From assembly GCF_963921235.1 (NCBI RefSeq), contig NC_086107.1, positions 113,214,001 through 113,278,000 on the forward strand: a stretch of 64,000 nucleotides of DNA, written 5' to 3'. Position 1 is the stretch's first letter. Every line of letters starts with the position of its first letter. Origin of the DNA: Mobula hypostoma (lineage: Eukaryota). The translations under genes and the position numbers were made by a program. Under the pieces are notes generated by a model. The model worked only from the letters and a program-made list of their open reading frames with translations, had not been told where the DNA came from and did not search any database. This document shows positions 50,061-63,470 of this stretch, one piece after another.

Positions 50061-50394
50061 GCTCTTTTTGCTGGGAAACTTGCTGAATTTTCAGCACTGC
50101 CGCAGAACTCAGAACTGCAGTGGAATTGAAATATTGCAAAGTTTTCTCCTACGTTTTGAACATTTATTTTGATTAAAACATGAACTGGGCGCAATGGGTT
50201 TTAAAGGAATCGAGACACCAGTACTGCTTCGTTTCATTGTCTCTCCTCCGTTAAATCCTCCCTCAGCATGTGTCACCGCTGCTGGAATCGGGGAGAAGCT
50301 GCTGAAAGAGCTGCAGGCAGACCTTGTGGCGATGAGGCGAGGGATGGAGGGTGGGTAGCGGTCCTGAGGTCAACTCATGGGCTTCTAGACACTG

Positions 50395-50990
50395 GACACT
50401 AGAATACTACAGCACAGTACAGGCCCTTGGGCCCTCGATGTTGTGCTGACCCATATATTCCATTAAAAAAACGTACTAAACCCACACGATCCCGGAACCG
50501 TCTATTTTTCTTTCATTCTTGTGCCAGTCCAAGAGGCTCTTAAATACCCCCAATGTTTAGCCTCCATCACCATCCCTGGCAAGTCATTCCTGGCACCCAC
50601 AACCCTCTGTCTAAAAAACTTACCCCTGATGTCTCCCCTAAACCTCCCTCCCTTAACTTTGTACATATGCCCTCTGGTGTTTGCTGTTCGTGCTCTGGGG
50701 AACAGGTACTGGCTATCCACCCTATCTATGCCTCTCATAATCTTGTGGACCTCGATCAAGTCCCCTCTCATCCTTCTATGCTCCAAAGAGAGAAGTCCCA
50801 GCTCTGCTAACCTTGCCTCATAATACTTGTTTTCCAATCCAGGCAACATCCTGGTAAATCCTGCACCCTCTCCATAGCTTCCACATCCTTCCTATAATGA
50901 GGTGACCAGAACTGAACACAATACTCTTTAAGCGTGGTCTCATCAGAAATTTGTAGAGTTGCAACATGACCTCTCTATTCTTGAACTCAA
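50395..50990 (-). mobile_element. CR1 3' fragment
   Basis: ORF 50502-50849 with LEHRRMRGDLIEV. Confidence 0.85.
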
Positions 50991-51156
50991 TCTGGAGCTG
51001 GAATCCCTAAGGCAGTCCTGCACTGAGTTCAATGATAACTGGCAACTCCTGTGACGCTGCTGGTACCAAACTGTATTGGTCTATGGTCTATTTTTAAAAA
51101 AAAATTTCTGATTTTGCATCACTTCTTTTAATTTAACTATTAGTACACACACATAT

Positions 51157-53538
51157 ACTAGAGAGCAGGCTATTCTGGATTGGGTTTTGAGCAATGAGGA
51201 AGGGTTAATTAGCGATCTTGTCGTGAGAGGCCCCTTGGGTAAGAGTGACCATAATATGGTGGAATTCTTCATTAAGATGGAGAGTGACATAGTTAATTCA
51301 GAAACAAAGGTTCTGAACTTAAAGAGGGGTAACTTTGAAGGTATGAGACGTGAATTAGCTAAGATAGACTGGCAAATGACACTTAAAGGATTGACGGTGG
51401 ATATGCAATGGCAAGCATTTATAGGTTGCATGGATGAACTACAACAATTGTTCATCCCAGTTTGGCAAAAGAATAAATCAAGGAAGGTAGTGCACCCGTG
51501 GCTGACAAGAGAAATTAGGGATAGTATCAATTCCAAAGAAGTAGCATACAAATTAGCCAGAGAAAGTGGCTCACCTGAGGACTGGGAGAAATTCAGAGTT
51601 CAGCAGAGGAGGACAAAGGGCTTAATTAGGAAGGGGAAAAAAGATTATGAGAGAAAACTGGCAGAGAACATAAAAACGGATTGTAAAAGCTTTTATAGAT
51701 ATGTAAAAAGGAAAAGACTGGTAAAGACAAATGTAGGTCCCCTGCAGACAGAAACAGGTGAATTGATTATGGGGAGCAAGGACATGGCAGACCAATTGAA
51801 TAATTACTTTGGTTCTGTCTTCACTAAGGAGGACATAAATAATCTTCCAGAAATAGTAAGGGACAGAGGGTCCAGTGAGATGGAGGAACTGAGTGAAATA
51901 CATGTTAGTAGGGAAGTGGTGTTAGGTAAATTGAAGGGATTGAAGGCAGATAAATCCCCAGGGCCAGATGGTTTGCATCCTAGAGTGCTTAAGGAAGTAG
52001 CCCAAGAAATAGTGGATGCATTAGTGATAATTTTTCAAAACTCGTTAGATTCTGGACTAGTTCCTGAGGATTGGAGGGTGGCTAATGTAACCCCAATTTT
52101 TAAAAAAGGAGGGAGAGAGAAACCGGGGAATTATAGACCGGTTAGCCCAACGCCGGTGGTGGGGAAACTGCTGGAGTCAGTTATCAAGGATGTGATAACA
52201 GCACATTTGGAAAGCGGAGAAATGATCGGACAAAGTCAGCATGGATTTGTGAAAGGAAAATCATGTCTGACGAATCTCATAGAATTTTTGAGGATGTAAC
52301 TAGTAGAGTGGATAGGGGAGAACCAGTGGATGTGGTATATTTGGATTTTCAAAAGGCTTTTGACAAGGTCCCACACAGGAGATTAGTGTGCAAACTTAAA
52401 GCACACGGTATTGGGGGTAAGGTATTGGTGTGGGTGGAGAATTGGTTAGCAGACAGGAAGCAAAGAGTGGGAATAAACGGGACCTTTTCAGAATGGCAGG
52501 CGGTGACGAGTGGGGTACTGCAAGGCTCAGTGCTGGGACCCCAGTTGTTTACAATATATATTAATGACTTGGATGAGGGAATTAAATGCAGCATCTCCAA
52601 GTTTGCGGATGACACGAAGCTGGGCGGCAGTGTTAGCAGTGAGGAGGATGCTAAGAGGATGCAGGGTGACTTGGATAGGTTGGGTGAGTGGGCAAATTCA
52701 TGGCAGATGCAATTTAATGTGGATAAATGTGAAGTTATCCACTTTGGTGGCAAAAATAGGAAAACAGATTATTATCTGAATGGTGGCCGATTAGGAAAAG
52801 GGGAGGTGCAACGAGACCTGGGTGTCATTATACACCAGTCATTGAAAGTGGGCATGCAGGTACAGCAGGCGGTGAAAAAGGCGAATGGTATGCTGGCATT
52901 TATAGCGAGAGGATTCGAGTACAGGAGCAGGGAGGTACTACTGCAGTTGTACAAGGCCTTGGTGAGACCACACCTGGAGTATTGTGTGCAGTTTTGGTCC
53001 CCTAATCTGAGGAAAGACATCTTTGCCATAGAGGGAGTACAAAGAAGGTTCACCAGATTGATTCCTGGGATGGCAGGACTTTCATATGAAGAAAGACTGG
53101 ATGAACTAGGCTTGTACTCGTTGGAATTTAGAAGATTGAGGGGGGATCTGATTGAAACATATAAGATCCTAAAGGGATTGGACAGGCTAGATGCAGGAAG
53201 ATTGTTCCCGATGTTGGGGAAGTCCAGAACGAGGGGTCACAGTTTGAGGATAGAGGGGAAGCCCTTTAGGACCGAGATTAGGAAAAACTTCTTCACACAG
53301 AGAGTGGTGAATCTGTGGAATTCTCTGCCACAGGAAACAGTTGAGGCCAGTTCATTGGCTATATTTAAGAGGGAGTTAGATATGGCCCTTGTGGCTACGG
53401 GGGTCAGGGGGTATGGAGGGAAGGCTGGGGCGGGGTTCTGAGTTGGATGATCAGCCATGATCATAATAAATGGCGGTGCAGGCTCGAAGGGCCGAATGGC
53501 CTACTCCTGCACTTATTTTCTATGTTTCTATGTTTCTA
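51157..53538 (+). mobile_element. Young 5'-truncated CR1-clade LINE (ORF2: endonuclease C-term plus RT), one frameshift
   Basis: ORFs 51187-52299 and 52263-53441 with SDHN, KSPGPDGLHP, QHGF, DFQKAFDKV, GSVLGP, FADDTK; 5-T run at 52285-52289 breaks the frame; (TTTCTATG)n tail. Confidence 0.97.
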
Positions 53539-54419
53539 TATATATGCACCCAGACCATATCCCTCCAAACCCTTCCCGTCTGTGTACCGATCCTAAACTC
53601 CCATGCACCACTCAAACGGTGCTGCGTACGGCGGTGGTGTTGTGAGCTCCGTTCCAAGTTTACGGTCAGTTCAATTCCATTGACAGCTTGCACCACGAAG
53701 TTTCCCCCAGATGCCCCTTAAATACTTCACCTTTCACCTTTAACCTGTGTCCTCTAGTCCTAGTCTAGATTGAACCCCGCTGGCTGTACCATTCCACACG
53801 CTCAAATCCGAGGTTTCAATCAGGAGCTGATTTAACATTAGTGCAACGAGGTTTCAATGCAGCGACACAAAATCCAGCCGTAGAACTCACGGCATAGAAG
53901 GAGGCCATTCGGCCCATCATATCCTTGTTGGCTGGGTAGTTGTTATTGAAACCCACCCCGCTTCCTAGCAGATAATAACATATCCCAGACAGTTAACACC
54001 ATACCGCACACATACACACTCCTCCCCATATGTTCTTTTCATACATATTTTCTCACATACTCATTCTCTCTCCCCCCGCCCACCTCAGTATGTTGTTTGT
54101 CACAGACTTTCTGCAATCGCTGTCCCTGTACATTCCGCAAAATGAATCTTTATTTGTTTTCACATTCATTTTATTGGGCTATTGTCAAAATCACATTACA
54201 TTTCCACAACTTCCTGTGATACAGAAAAAAAATTGCACAATAAATAAATAAATATGCGCTAAATTGCTTAATATAGTGAGACTGGACATGTTATGGAAGA
54301 GATGATCATCACCGCCACCAGGTGGTAGTATCATGGGCACTGCCACTGCCCGTTTAAAGGGCAGCATTGGGTTCATGTTGGTGTAGGTTCTTTCATACAG
54401 CAAAGGTGGATACATCAGG

Positions 54420-55620
54420 ATGTTCTTTTTCGACTACAGCTAAGTATTCAATACCATCATCCCCCGAAAACTAATCAATACTTCCAAGGCCCTGGCCTCA
54501 ATACCTCCTGGGGAACTCGGATCCTCGATTTCCTCAGTCAGTTCGGATTGGCGACCTACGATCTCTACGATCTCTGTCAGGAGCACCACAGGCCTGTGTG
54601 CTTAGCCCCCTGCTCTACTGGCTGTACACTTACGACTGTGTGGCCAGGCACAGCTGCCCTGCCTTACTCACATTTGCTGAGGACGCCACTGTTGTCGGCC
54701 AAATCGGAGGTGGTGACAAATCAGCGTTGGGGGCGGGGGGTGGAAATCTGGCTGAGTGCTGCCTCAGCAACAACCTCTCTCTCAATGTCAAGGTGCTGAT
54801 TATTGAATCCAGGAGACGGAAAACCAGAGGTCCTTGAGCCAGTCCTCTTCGGAGGATGACAGGGGGAGAGGGTTAGCAACTTGAAATTCCTGGGTGTTAC
54901 TGTTTCAGAGGCCCTGTCCTGTGCCCAGCACGTAAGTGCAATTATGAAGGAAGCACGGCAATGCCTCTACTTCCTTAGGAGTCTGCGGAGGATCGGCACG
55001 ACACCTAAAACTTTGACAGACTTCTGTAGATGTGTGGTGGAGAGTATGCTGTTAGGCTGCATCACGGCCTGGTATGGAAACACCAATGCCCCTCAATGGA
55101 AAATCCTACAAAGAGTAGTGGATACAGCCCAGTCCATCCCAGGTTAAGCCCTCCGAGCCACTGAGCACATCTACATGAAATGCTGTCGTAGGAAAGCAGA
55201 ATACATCATCAGGGACCCCCACCACATGCAGCTGCTACCAGGTAGAAAGTACAAGACCCTCAGGACTCACACGACCGGGTTCAGGAACAGTTATTACCCT
55301 TCAACCATCAGGCTCCTGAACCAGTGTGGATAACTTCACTCGCCCCATCACTGAACTGTTCCCACAACCTATGGGCTCACTTTCAGGGACTCTTCAACCC
55401 ATGCTCTCGATATTTATGGCTTCTTTATTTACTATTATTGTTTCTTCTTTTTGTATATATACAGTTTGTTGTTTCTGCACTCTGGTTGATCATTCTTTGA
55501 TTCTGTTATAGTTACTATTCTATAGATGTGTTGAGTTATGCCCAGGGGAAAATGAACCTCAAGGTTCTGTGTGGTGACATATATGTACTTTGATAATAAA
55601 AGTTACTTTGAACTTTGACT
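54420..55620 (+). mobile_element. Rex1/Babar-type LINE fragment
   Basis: LSPLLY, FAEDATVVG, LYFLRSLRR motifs; TTTGAAC tail. Confidence 0.8.
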
Positions 55621-58600
55621 GGCCTGAACTCCAAGTCTACAAGACAAAGTCCTCTACTAGCCTGCTCCCACTGTACAAAACTGCTGCCCACAGCGATGTA
55701 GCCCTGGAAAATGTAGACCACATCCCAGATCTCAGAAGCCACTACTCACTGACAACAGATACCAATGACGATGTTTGCCATTGCATTCAGTAACCTTGGC
55801 CAATTGAGGGAAGTCTGGTTGAAGACTAAAGTTTCAGTTCGGCATAAAATTCTTGGGTTTTTGATCCCTGCACCTCTATATGCCTTTGAGTCTGTTGTAA
55901 AATATGCAGCTTGTAATTTCCCTTTCAGAAATGTGCTTTTAAATCGTCTAAATGCACCAGTGATTTTACTATTTATTTATTTAAATTTATTTTATCTTCT
56001 TTTATACATTGGTTGTTTGTCTGTCTTTGTTTATATATAGCTTTCATAAATCCTATTGTATTTTCTTGTAAATGCCTGTAAGAAAATGAATCAGTGTAGT
56101 ACACGGTGGCATATACGCACTTGATAATAAACTTACTTTGACTTAGTTAGACTGCCTACAGCAGGTAACTCGAGGCACTGGAGAGATTTTACCAGCTTTG
56201 CCTCTGCACGATCTTTCACATCCACTGGAAGGTATGGTGACCCATGTCATTGTCCTCCTCCAGACCAGCATTACATTCAGTCAATTCCATTGGGTAGATC
56301 GCCTCATTCGCACACCCAACTCCAGAACCCTGAAACAAATTCTCTACTTCTGGCTCAGATGTGGGAAGAGATTGCAAAGTGGACAGAAGAACAGGTTCAA
56401 GGATGTCCTGAAAGCCTTCTTGACATTTCCTACTGACTCCTGGGAACCGCTGACTCACCATGACCATTCCTGGTGGAGATCAGACCACCAGACAGAGGAG
56501 CAGAATTAGGCCATTCTGTCCACCAAGTCTGCTCTGACATTCCACCATGGCTGATTTATTATCCCTTGCAACCCCATTCTCCTGCTTTCTCCCTGTAACC
56601 TTTGACACCCTGACTATCAACCTCTGCTTTAACTATACCCAATGACTTGGCCTGGTGGGAACTTCAGAGTCTATGTGTTGGGAGTCGCCAGTGTAAGTGG
56701 TGGAAGCAGTGCCTTCCCTCACAAGCTCACCCTCCTATTTCACCAAACAACTCAAGAGCCTACAGTTCCCACGTCAGCTTCATCAATCACTACTGATCCC
56801 AGAGAACTGAAGTGGGGGCAAAGCATCCTTGATCCTATGTAGTAGAACAGAATCACAAAGAAAACTTGGGTTGTCAAGAGTTAGGAATTTCTACAGAGCT
56901 TTCTACATCTAAAGGAGAAGTTGTCTGATCCTTGTGGTTTCAATACAGGATCCCAATTTCCCAAGAAAATCAAGAGATGGATGGGACAATGGACAAAAAT
57001 CAGTGCTTGGAGATATCCCCAATAACCTCATTCACTTTGTAGTCTGAGACAGTGAATGCTGGAGGGTGTAAGACACTGGAGACATCGTGAAGAAGCACAA
57101 TCCTATCCTGCACTTTATGGTGTCGCCACCAGTGGCTGAGTCTCCCTGTGGTATCTGCAGGAACCCTGGTGAGACAGGATCATTGAACAGTGAGTGAGGG
57201 CTTTAGAAGAACATATCCAGTCTCCTATGGAGAGATCGGCGTGCACAAGCAGTACAATTGCTGACCCCACACCTTAAATAAAATGGAAGGGCAGAGGGCA
57301 AGATTACTTCTATAATTGACTATGGTAAAAGCTTACATCCAGTTATAGTGAGAGTTGGTATGATCTCTTCGGTATAAGTAGGGCAAAGAGCTCCAATCAT
57401 TCATTGTTCCCCTCCCTCAAGGCACAGTCAGAGAATAACCAGGCATCACCCCAATCCTGTCCATGTCATTCCAGTTCCGCATTTAACACGAGGCCCGTCT
57501 TGCCTTGCCGAGCTTTCGGGTGTTGGAGAAGAGACAGGGAGATGAACAGGATACAACCTGGGCAAGAAGGTGTGTTACCGAGTTACGTCTGATTGGCCTT
57601 TATCCCACGGGCTGCCGATCTGCTCTCCTGTGCCTGGAGAAAAATCCAAAGAGACTTAGTCAAAATCCAAATCCTGCCCTCCATTGTCCCCAATTTCCAT
57701 TGACACCCCCTTATCCATTGCTCTCCAGGTTGTCAATTTGTCTAGACAGAATCGAGCCGAATGTGGTGCCCAAGAGAGAAAAATGCCTAGTCAATGTCTA
57801 GACAGCTACGCCATCCAGGTTGGTAAAACTGTCTTGCCAGTATCTACTCATATCTAAGAAAGGATGTGCTAGTGTTGGAAAGGGTCCTGCAGAGGTTCAC
57901 CAGAATGATCCCAGGAGTGAAAAGGTTAATGTATGAGGATCTCTGGGCCTGTACTCACGGACTAGAAGAAGAGCTCTACTCTGACAGTGGATCTTTCAAT
58001 AGTGAGAGGCCACACAGACCTGGTTACTGCAGCATCCGGAAGGCTTGTGCTTGGAGGTTTCCGACTACCCGGCGAACGATTCCACAGGAACGATCCAGTA
58101 ATGGAGGGCAGGATTTGGATTTTGACTAAGTCTCTTTGGAATTTTGCCACACAGATTGGAACAATGTATAGCTGGTGTCTAGCCCATAAGACAATAAGGC
58201 CATTTGGCCCATCAAGTCTGCTCTGCCTTTCAATGATGGCTGATTTCTCCATTCCTCATTTTCCTGCCTTCTCCCCTTTACCTTTGACACCCTTTCTAAT
58301 CCAGAGCCTATCAACCTTCGCTTTAAACATACCCAATGGCTTGGCTTCCACAGCCGTCTGTAACAATGAATCCCACAGATTCATCACCCTCTGGATACAG
58401 AAATTCCTCCTCATCTCTGTTCTAAAGGGATGTTCCTTTATTCTGTGTCTGTACCCTCTGAGCCTAGGCTTCCCCACTATCGGAAACATCTCTCCACGTC
58501 CACTCTATCTAGGGCACTTGATGTTCGATAGGTTTCAAATCGAGATTCTCCATCATTCTTCCAGTCCGTGAGTACAGGCCCAGAGATCCTCATACATTAA

Positions 58601-58737
58601 CCTTTTCACTCCTGGGATCATTCTGGTGAACCTCTGCAGGACCCTTTCCAACACTAGCACATCCTTTCTTAGATATGGGACCCAAATCTGTCAACTGGTG
58701 GACAATTCTACCTGCTAGTTTTGCTCTACTCTGACAG

Positions 58738-58915
58738 TGGATCTTTCAATAGTGAGAGGCCACACAGACCTGGTTACTGCAGCATCCGGAAGGCTTGTGC
58801 TTGGAGGTTTCCGACCACCCGGCGAACGATTCCACAGGAACGATCCAGCAGTGCTGCCACCGGAAAATTGGAATTGTCGGGGGAGATACTGCAAGGCAGG
58901 ATAAGATGGCCCCAG
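58738..58915 (+). other. Candidate internal exon of the divergent plus-strand gene
   Basis: Non-TE sequence with acceptor ttttgctctactctgacag and donor CAG|gttagt; open in frame with the 49988-50010 exon, or a 5'UTR exon ending in aagATGGCCCCAG (good Kozak, ATG 58906). Confidence 0.5.
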
Positions 58916-59352
58916 GTTAGTAGGAACAAAGGAGAAGGAAGACGACATTCAGCCCTTCTAGTCTGTCCCACAATTTAATTTAGTCATGGCCGTTCTGCCC
59001 TCTCCTTGGCCATTAATGATCTAATTAAACATCTGTCAGCTAACAAATCTCTGCAGATGCTGGGCATCTGATATAAAGCAGATATAACTCAGGCATCATC
59101 TGTGGCGATGGGCACACTGTTAATGTTTAAGATCCACGATCTGTCGTTACAACTAACAATATCAGGTAGGGGCAAGACCCCTCGTCTTTGCATTGGCCCT
59201 TAGACTTCCAAACTTCCATTGCACTGACACCCTAAATCTCACTTGTACTTCTCCAGCCTTTCTCTCCAACTCAATCTTCCTTGGATTTAACCAGCAACGT
59301 GTTTGAGAATTCCTAACCACAGTCTCCTTCATCCAGCCATCGTCAAGGTATT

Positions 59353-60082
59353 TAGAAACATAGAAACATAGAAAATAGGTGCAGGAGTAGGCCATTCGGC
59401 CCTTCGAGATGCACCGCCATTCAGTATGATCATGGCTGGTCATCCAGCTCAGAACCCTGTACCTGCCTTCCCTCCATACCCCCTGATCCCTTTAGCCACA
59501 AGGGCCTTATCTAACTCCCTCTTAAATATAGCCAATGAACTGGCCTCAACTGTTTCCTGTGGCAGAGAATTCCACAGATTTGGCAGTGAATTCCACAGAT
59601 TCACCACTCTCTGTGTGAAAAAGTTTTTCCTAATCTCGGTCCTAAAAGGCTTCCCCTTTATCCTCAAACTGTGACCCCTCGTTCTGGACTTCCCCAACAT
59701 CGGGAACAATCTTCCTGCATCTAGTCTGTCCAATCCCTTTAGGATTTTATACGTTTCAATAAGATCCCCCCTCAATCTTCTAAATTCCAACGAGCATAAA
59801 CCTAGTTCATCCAGTCTTTCATCATATGAAAGTCCTGCCATCCAAGGAATCAATCTGGTGAACCTTCTTTGTACTCCCTCTATGGCAAGGATGTCTTTCC
59901 TCAGATTAGGGGACCAAAACTGCACACAATACTCCAGGTGTGGTCTCACCAAGGCCTTGTACAACTGCAGTAGTACCTCCCTGCTCCTGTACTCGAATCC
60001 TCTCGCTATGAATTCGAGTACAGGAGCAGGGAGGTACTACTGCAGTTCTACAAGGCCTTGGTGAGACCACACCTGGAGTATT
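59353..60082 (-). mobile_element. CR1 3' fragment with internal 21-bp duplication and 5' fold-back
   Basis: NLWNSLP duplicated in the translation; 59928-59998 is inverted at 60012-60082. Confidence 0.93.
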
Positions 60083-60849
60083 TCATCATGCAACTTACAT
60101 TAATTTATTTTATTATTTATCCATTTATTTATCCATTTATCTATTTAGTTATTTATTTATCGATTTCTTTCTTTCTTTAGTCATTCATTCATTTATTTTA
60201 TTTAGTGATACAGTACAGAGTTAGCCAGCCAGTGATGTAGTGGCATCAGCACCGGACTTCGATGCAAGTGGTCGCAGGTTCAAATCTGACCGGCTCCTTG
60301 AACGCTTTCCGCCCTGCGCTGAGTTAAACATCGAGCTAACAACTCAGCTTCATAAAAAGCAGACAAAAATGCTAAAGAAACAGCAATGGTGCCGCCCAAT
60401 GCACCACAAGGCATGGAAAGAAACAACCGCAACAACAATAGCATCTTCGGCCCCTCAAGGCTGTGCTGCTCCAGCAGGCCAACAACCCTCATTAACCCTA
60501 ACCTAATCATGGAACGATTTACAATGACCAATTAACCTACCCGGTACATTTTTGGACTGTGGGAGGAAACCGGAGCACCCGGGCAAAACCCACGCATTCC
60601 ACGGGGAGATGTTCAGAGACGCCTTACAGACGGTGCTGGAATCGAACTCTGAAGTCCGGAACGGCCCGACCTGCTCTAACCGCGATGCTACCCTGGCGTT
60701 TACTTAATCTCTCTCTTGGGACAAACACCCACTTCCCTTAAACACTCTGGAATAGTGTGGGAGGGGTAGTCAGAAACAGGGTGCTTATATTTAGAGTGTT
60801 AAAGATCATTAATTTAAGCCTGTGCTCAATGAAGATTTTCATATGCCAA

Positions 60850-61245
60850 GAGATTCTACAGATGCTGGAAATCCACAGCAACACACACACAAAATGGTGG
60901 AGGAACTCAGCAGGTCAGGCAGCTTCTACGGAGAGGAATAGGCAGTCGACGTTTCGGGCCGAGAGCCTTCACCAGGACTGGAAAGGAAGGGGAAGAAGCC
61001 AGGATGAGAAGGTGTGGGGGCGTGGAGTGAGAGGGGAGGAGCACAAGCTGGGAGGAGGTAGATGAGGGGGAAGGGGATGGGGAAATGAGGTCGATGTGAG
61101 GAAATAGGTGGAGATAGGTGAGGGAGAAGGAGAAAGGGGATGGGGAAATGGGGTCGATGTGAGAAGATAGGTGGAACAGGTAAGGGACAGAAGAAGAGGG
61201 AATCTGATCTGGGAGGGTAGTGGGCCCTGGAAAAGAAGGAAGGAA
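60850..61245 (-). mobile_element. Penelope pLTR fragment (hammerhead core mutated to CUGGUGA)
   Basis: pLTR sequence; motif at 60943-60980. Confidence 0.75.
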
Positions 61246-61338
61246 GTATTCGATCCAACTGTTTAATTATAATTATTTGCTTTGTAGTTTAATAGTCAGT
61301 TATCTGTCTGTATTCTAAGTAAACTTTATATATATATA

Positions 61339-61564
61339 TCTGTGGAATTCTCTGCCACAGGAAACAGTTGAGGCCAGTTCATTGGCTATATTTAAGAGGG
61401 AGTTAGATATGGCCCTTGTGGCTAAAGGGATCAGGGGGTATGGAGGGAAGGCAGGTACAGGGTTCTGAGTTGGATGATCAGCCATGATCATAGTGAATGG
61501 CGGTGCAGGCTCGAAGGGCCGAATGGCCTACTCCTGCACCTATTTTCTATGTTTCTATGTTTCT
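61339..61564 (+). mobile_element. CR1 3' end (young subfamily)
   Basis: Same 3' sequence and TTTCTATG tail. Confidence 0.9.
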
Positions 61565-62984
61565 ATATAACAGTTTAATATACTTCTATTGACTATCCAC
61601 AGTATAATTCTGGAAGCTTCTCAGCTTCTTTATTCTGAATGAGTATTTTCTCATTGGCTGATTTTAAGGCCGTATTGAGTAAGTATTTTCTAATTGGATT
61701 ATTCTTCTGTATGGATTTTTCATACCTCTGGATTTAAAAATGGCTGTATTCTGTTAGGCGCCATCTTTTAGATCTTCCCTTTCATTGTCTTTCGTTTCTC
61801 TCTTCAAGTTTTCGACGTCTGTCCCTGCTTGTCTCAACTTTCTACTTTTCTATCAACTCTTAAAACAATCGTGAAGCATTAAATTTTGTCCCTCGTTCCC
61901 AGCTTCTGAAAGAACCTTGGCTTTAAACACCAGAATCGGGTGGAGGTGAGGAACCAGGGGGAGGGGCGATGGGTAGGTCAAGAAGGCGGCATAGGGGAAG
62001 AGTAGGGGTGAGAGGGTCGGGAATGGGAGAAAGAGAAGTGGGAAGTGTGAGAGAGCAAACAGCGGGGCGTCATTACCAGAACGTATCACCAACCCACCTT
62101 CCCCCTTGCCTTGTCTCACCTGTCACCTGCCAGCTTGTATTCCTTCCCCCACCCCCTACCTTCTTACTCTGGTGTGTGTCTGCCCCTTTCCTGTACCGAT
62201 AAAGTGTCTCGGTTCGAAGCCTCAACTGTTTCCCTCCTTAGATGCTGCCTGACCCGCTGTCTGTCTGCATTGCTCGCGTTTTGATAACTTACCTCTTTGC
62301 CAGGTAGTAGATGTAGAACCATTTCATGCAGGGATGGGCTCTGTGGTGAGGGATGTGTTGTCTCTTAGGTTCTGTGGGTATGTCATGTCTTCTCACAAAG
62401 AGCTCAGCCGCTTCACTGAAAATGAGAAGGAATATGAAGAGAGATTTCCATTTATAGGGTGACTGTCTGGACATAACATGTGTTTCATGGTGTTCTCCTT
62501 CACTGTTGTCGTACAGGAAATGTGACTTTAGAGATGTATTCTGTATACATACTTTGATAATGAATGTGCTTTGAATCTTTATGTATCTGGTCCCTTAAAA
62601 TACCTTCCTATAATTTACCCACTACTGACATTAGACAGGTCAACTAGAACTGCACACAATACTCCCAATGCGGACTCACCCACACCCCTCAGCTCCCTAT
62701 TAAATCCTGACCTTTTCCCCTTTAACCTGTGCCCTCTGGTTCTTGATTCCCTAACCCTGGGGAAAAAGACTGTGTGCATTCACCGTATCGGTGCCCCTCG
62801 TGGTTTTGTGCACGCCTGTAAGGTCTCCTGTGCTCCAGGGAATAAAGTCCCAAACTGCCAACCTCTCTCCATTACTCAGTCGCCTACGTGCTGGCAAAGT
62901 CCTCCTAAACCCCTTCTGAACTCCTTGCAGCTCAATGGCATCTTTCCTACAGCAGGGCCACCCAAAACTGAACGTAGCACTCCA

Positions 62985-63470
62985 AGAGGCTCTGACAGTG
63001 CTGGAAATCTTGAGGAACACACAGCAAATGCTGGAGGAACTCAGCAGGTCTGGCAGCATCTATGCAGAGGAATAAACATTCAATGTGTTTTGGGCCAAGA
63101 CCCTTCATCAGGACAGGAAAGGAAAGAGAAGAAGCCAGAATAAGAAGCTGGGGCGGGGAAGGAGAGGGCGAGTACAAGTTGGCAGGTGATGGGTGAGACC
63201 AGGTGAGGGGGGGAACGTGGGTGGGCAGGAGAGGTGGGGGGTGAAGTAAGAAGCTGGCAGGTGATAGATGAAAGAGGTAAAAGACTGAAGAAGAAGGAAT
63301 CAGATAGGACAGGAGAGTGGATCATGGGAGAAAGGGAAGGAGGAGAGGCACCAGCGGGACATGATGGGCAGGGTGAGGAGAAGTGAACGGGTGAGAGGGG
63401 AACCCAAATTAGGAATGGAGAAAGAAAGAATAGGGAGGGGGCAGCAATGATCAAGAAGTTAGAGAAATAG
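62985..63470 (-). mobile_element. Penelope pLTR fragment, decayed
   Basis: ATGCTGGAGGAACTCAGCAGGTC...CCCTTCATCAGGAC family sequence. Confidence 0.7.

Noticed and set aside
49632..50194. 165-aa and 130-aa ORFs over the promoter
   Set aside because: Typical GC-rich island frames starting at non-ATG codons; no homology recognised.
56650..57400. Possible host exons in unique-looking DNA
   Set aside because: No sustained open frame; a CGIC...ET motif hints at a decayed L1/Tx1-type remnant, but I cannot support either call.
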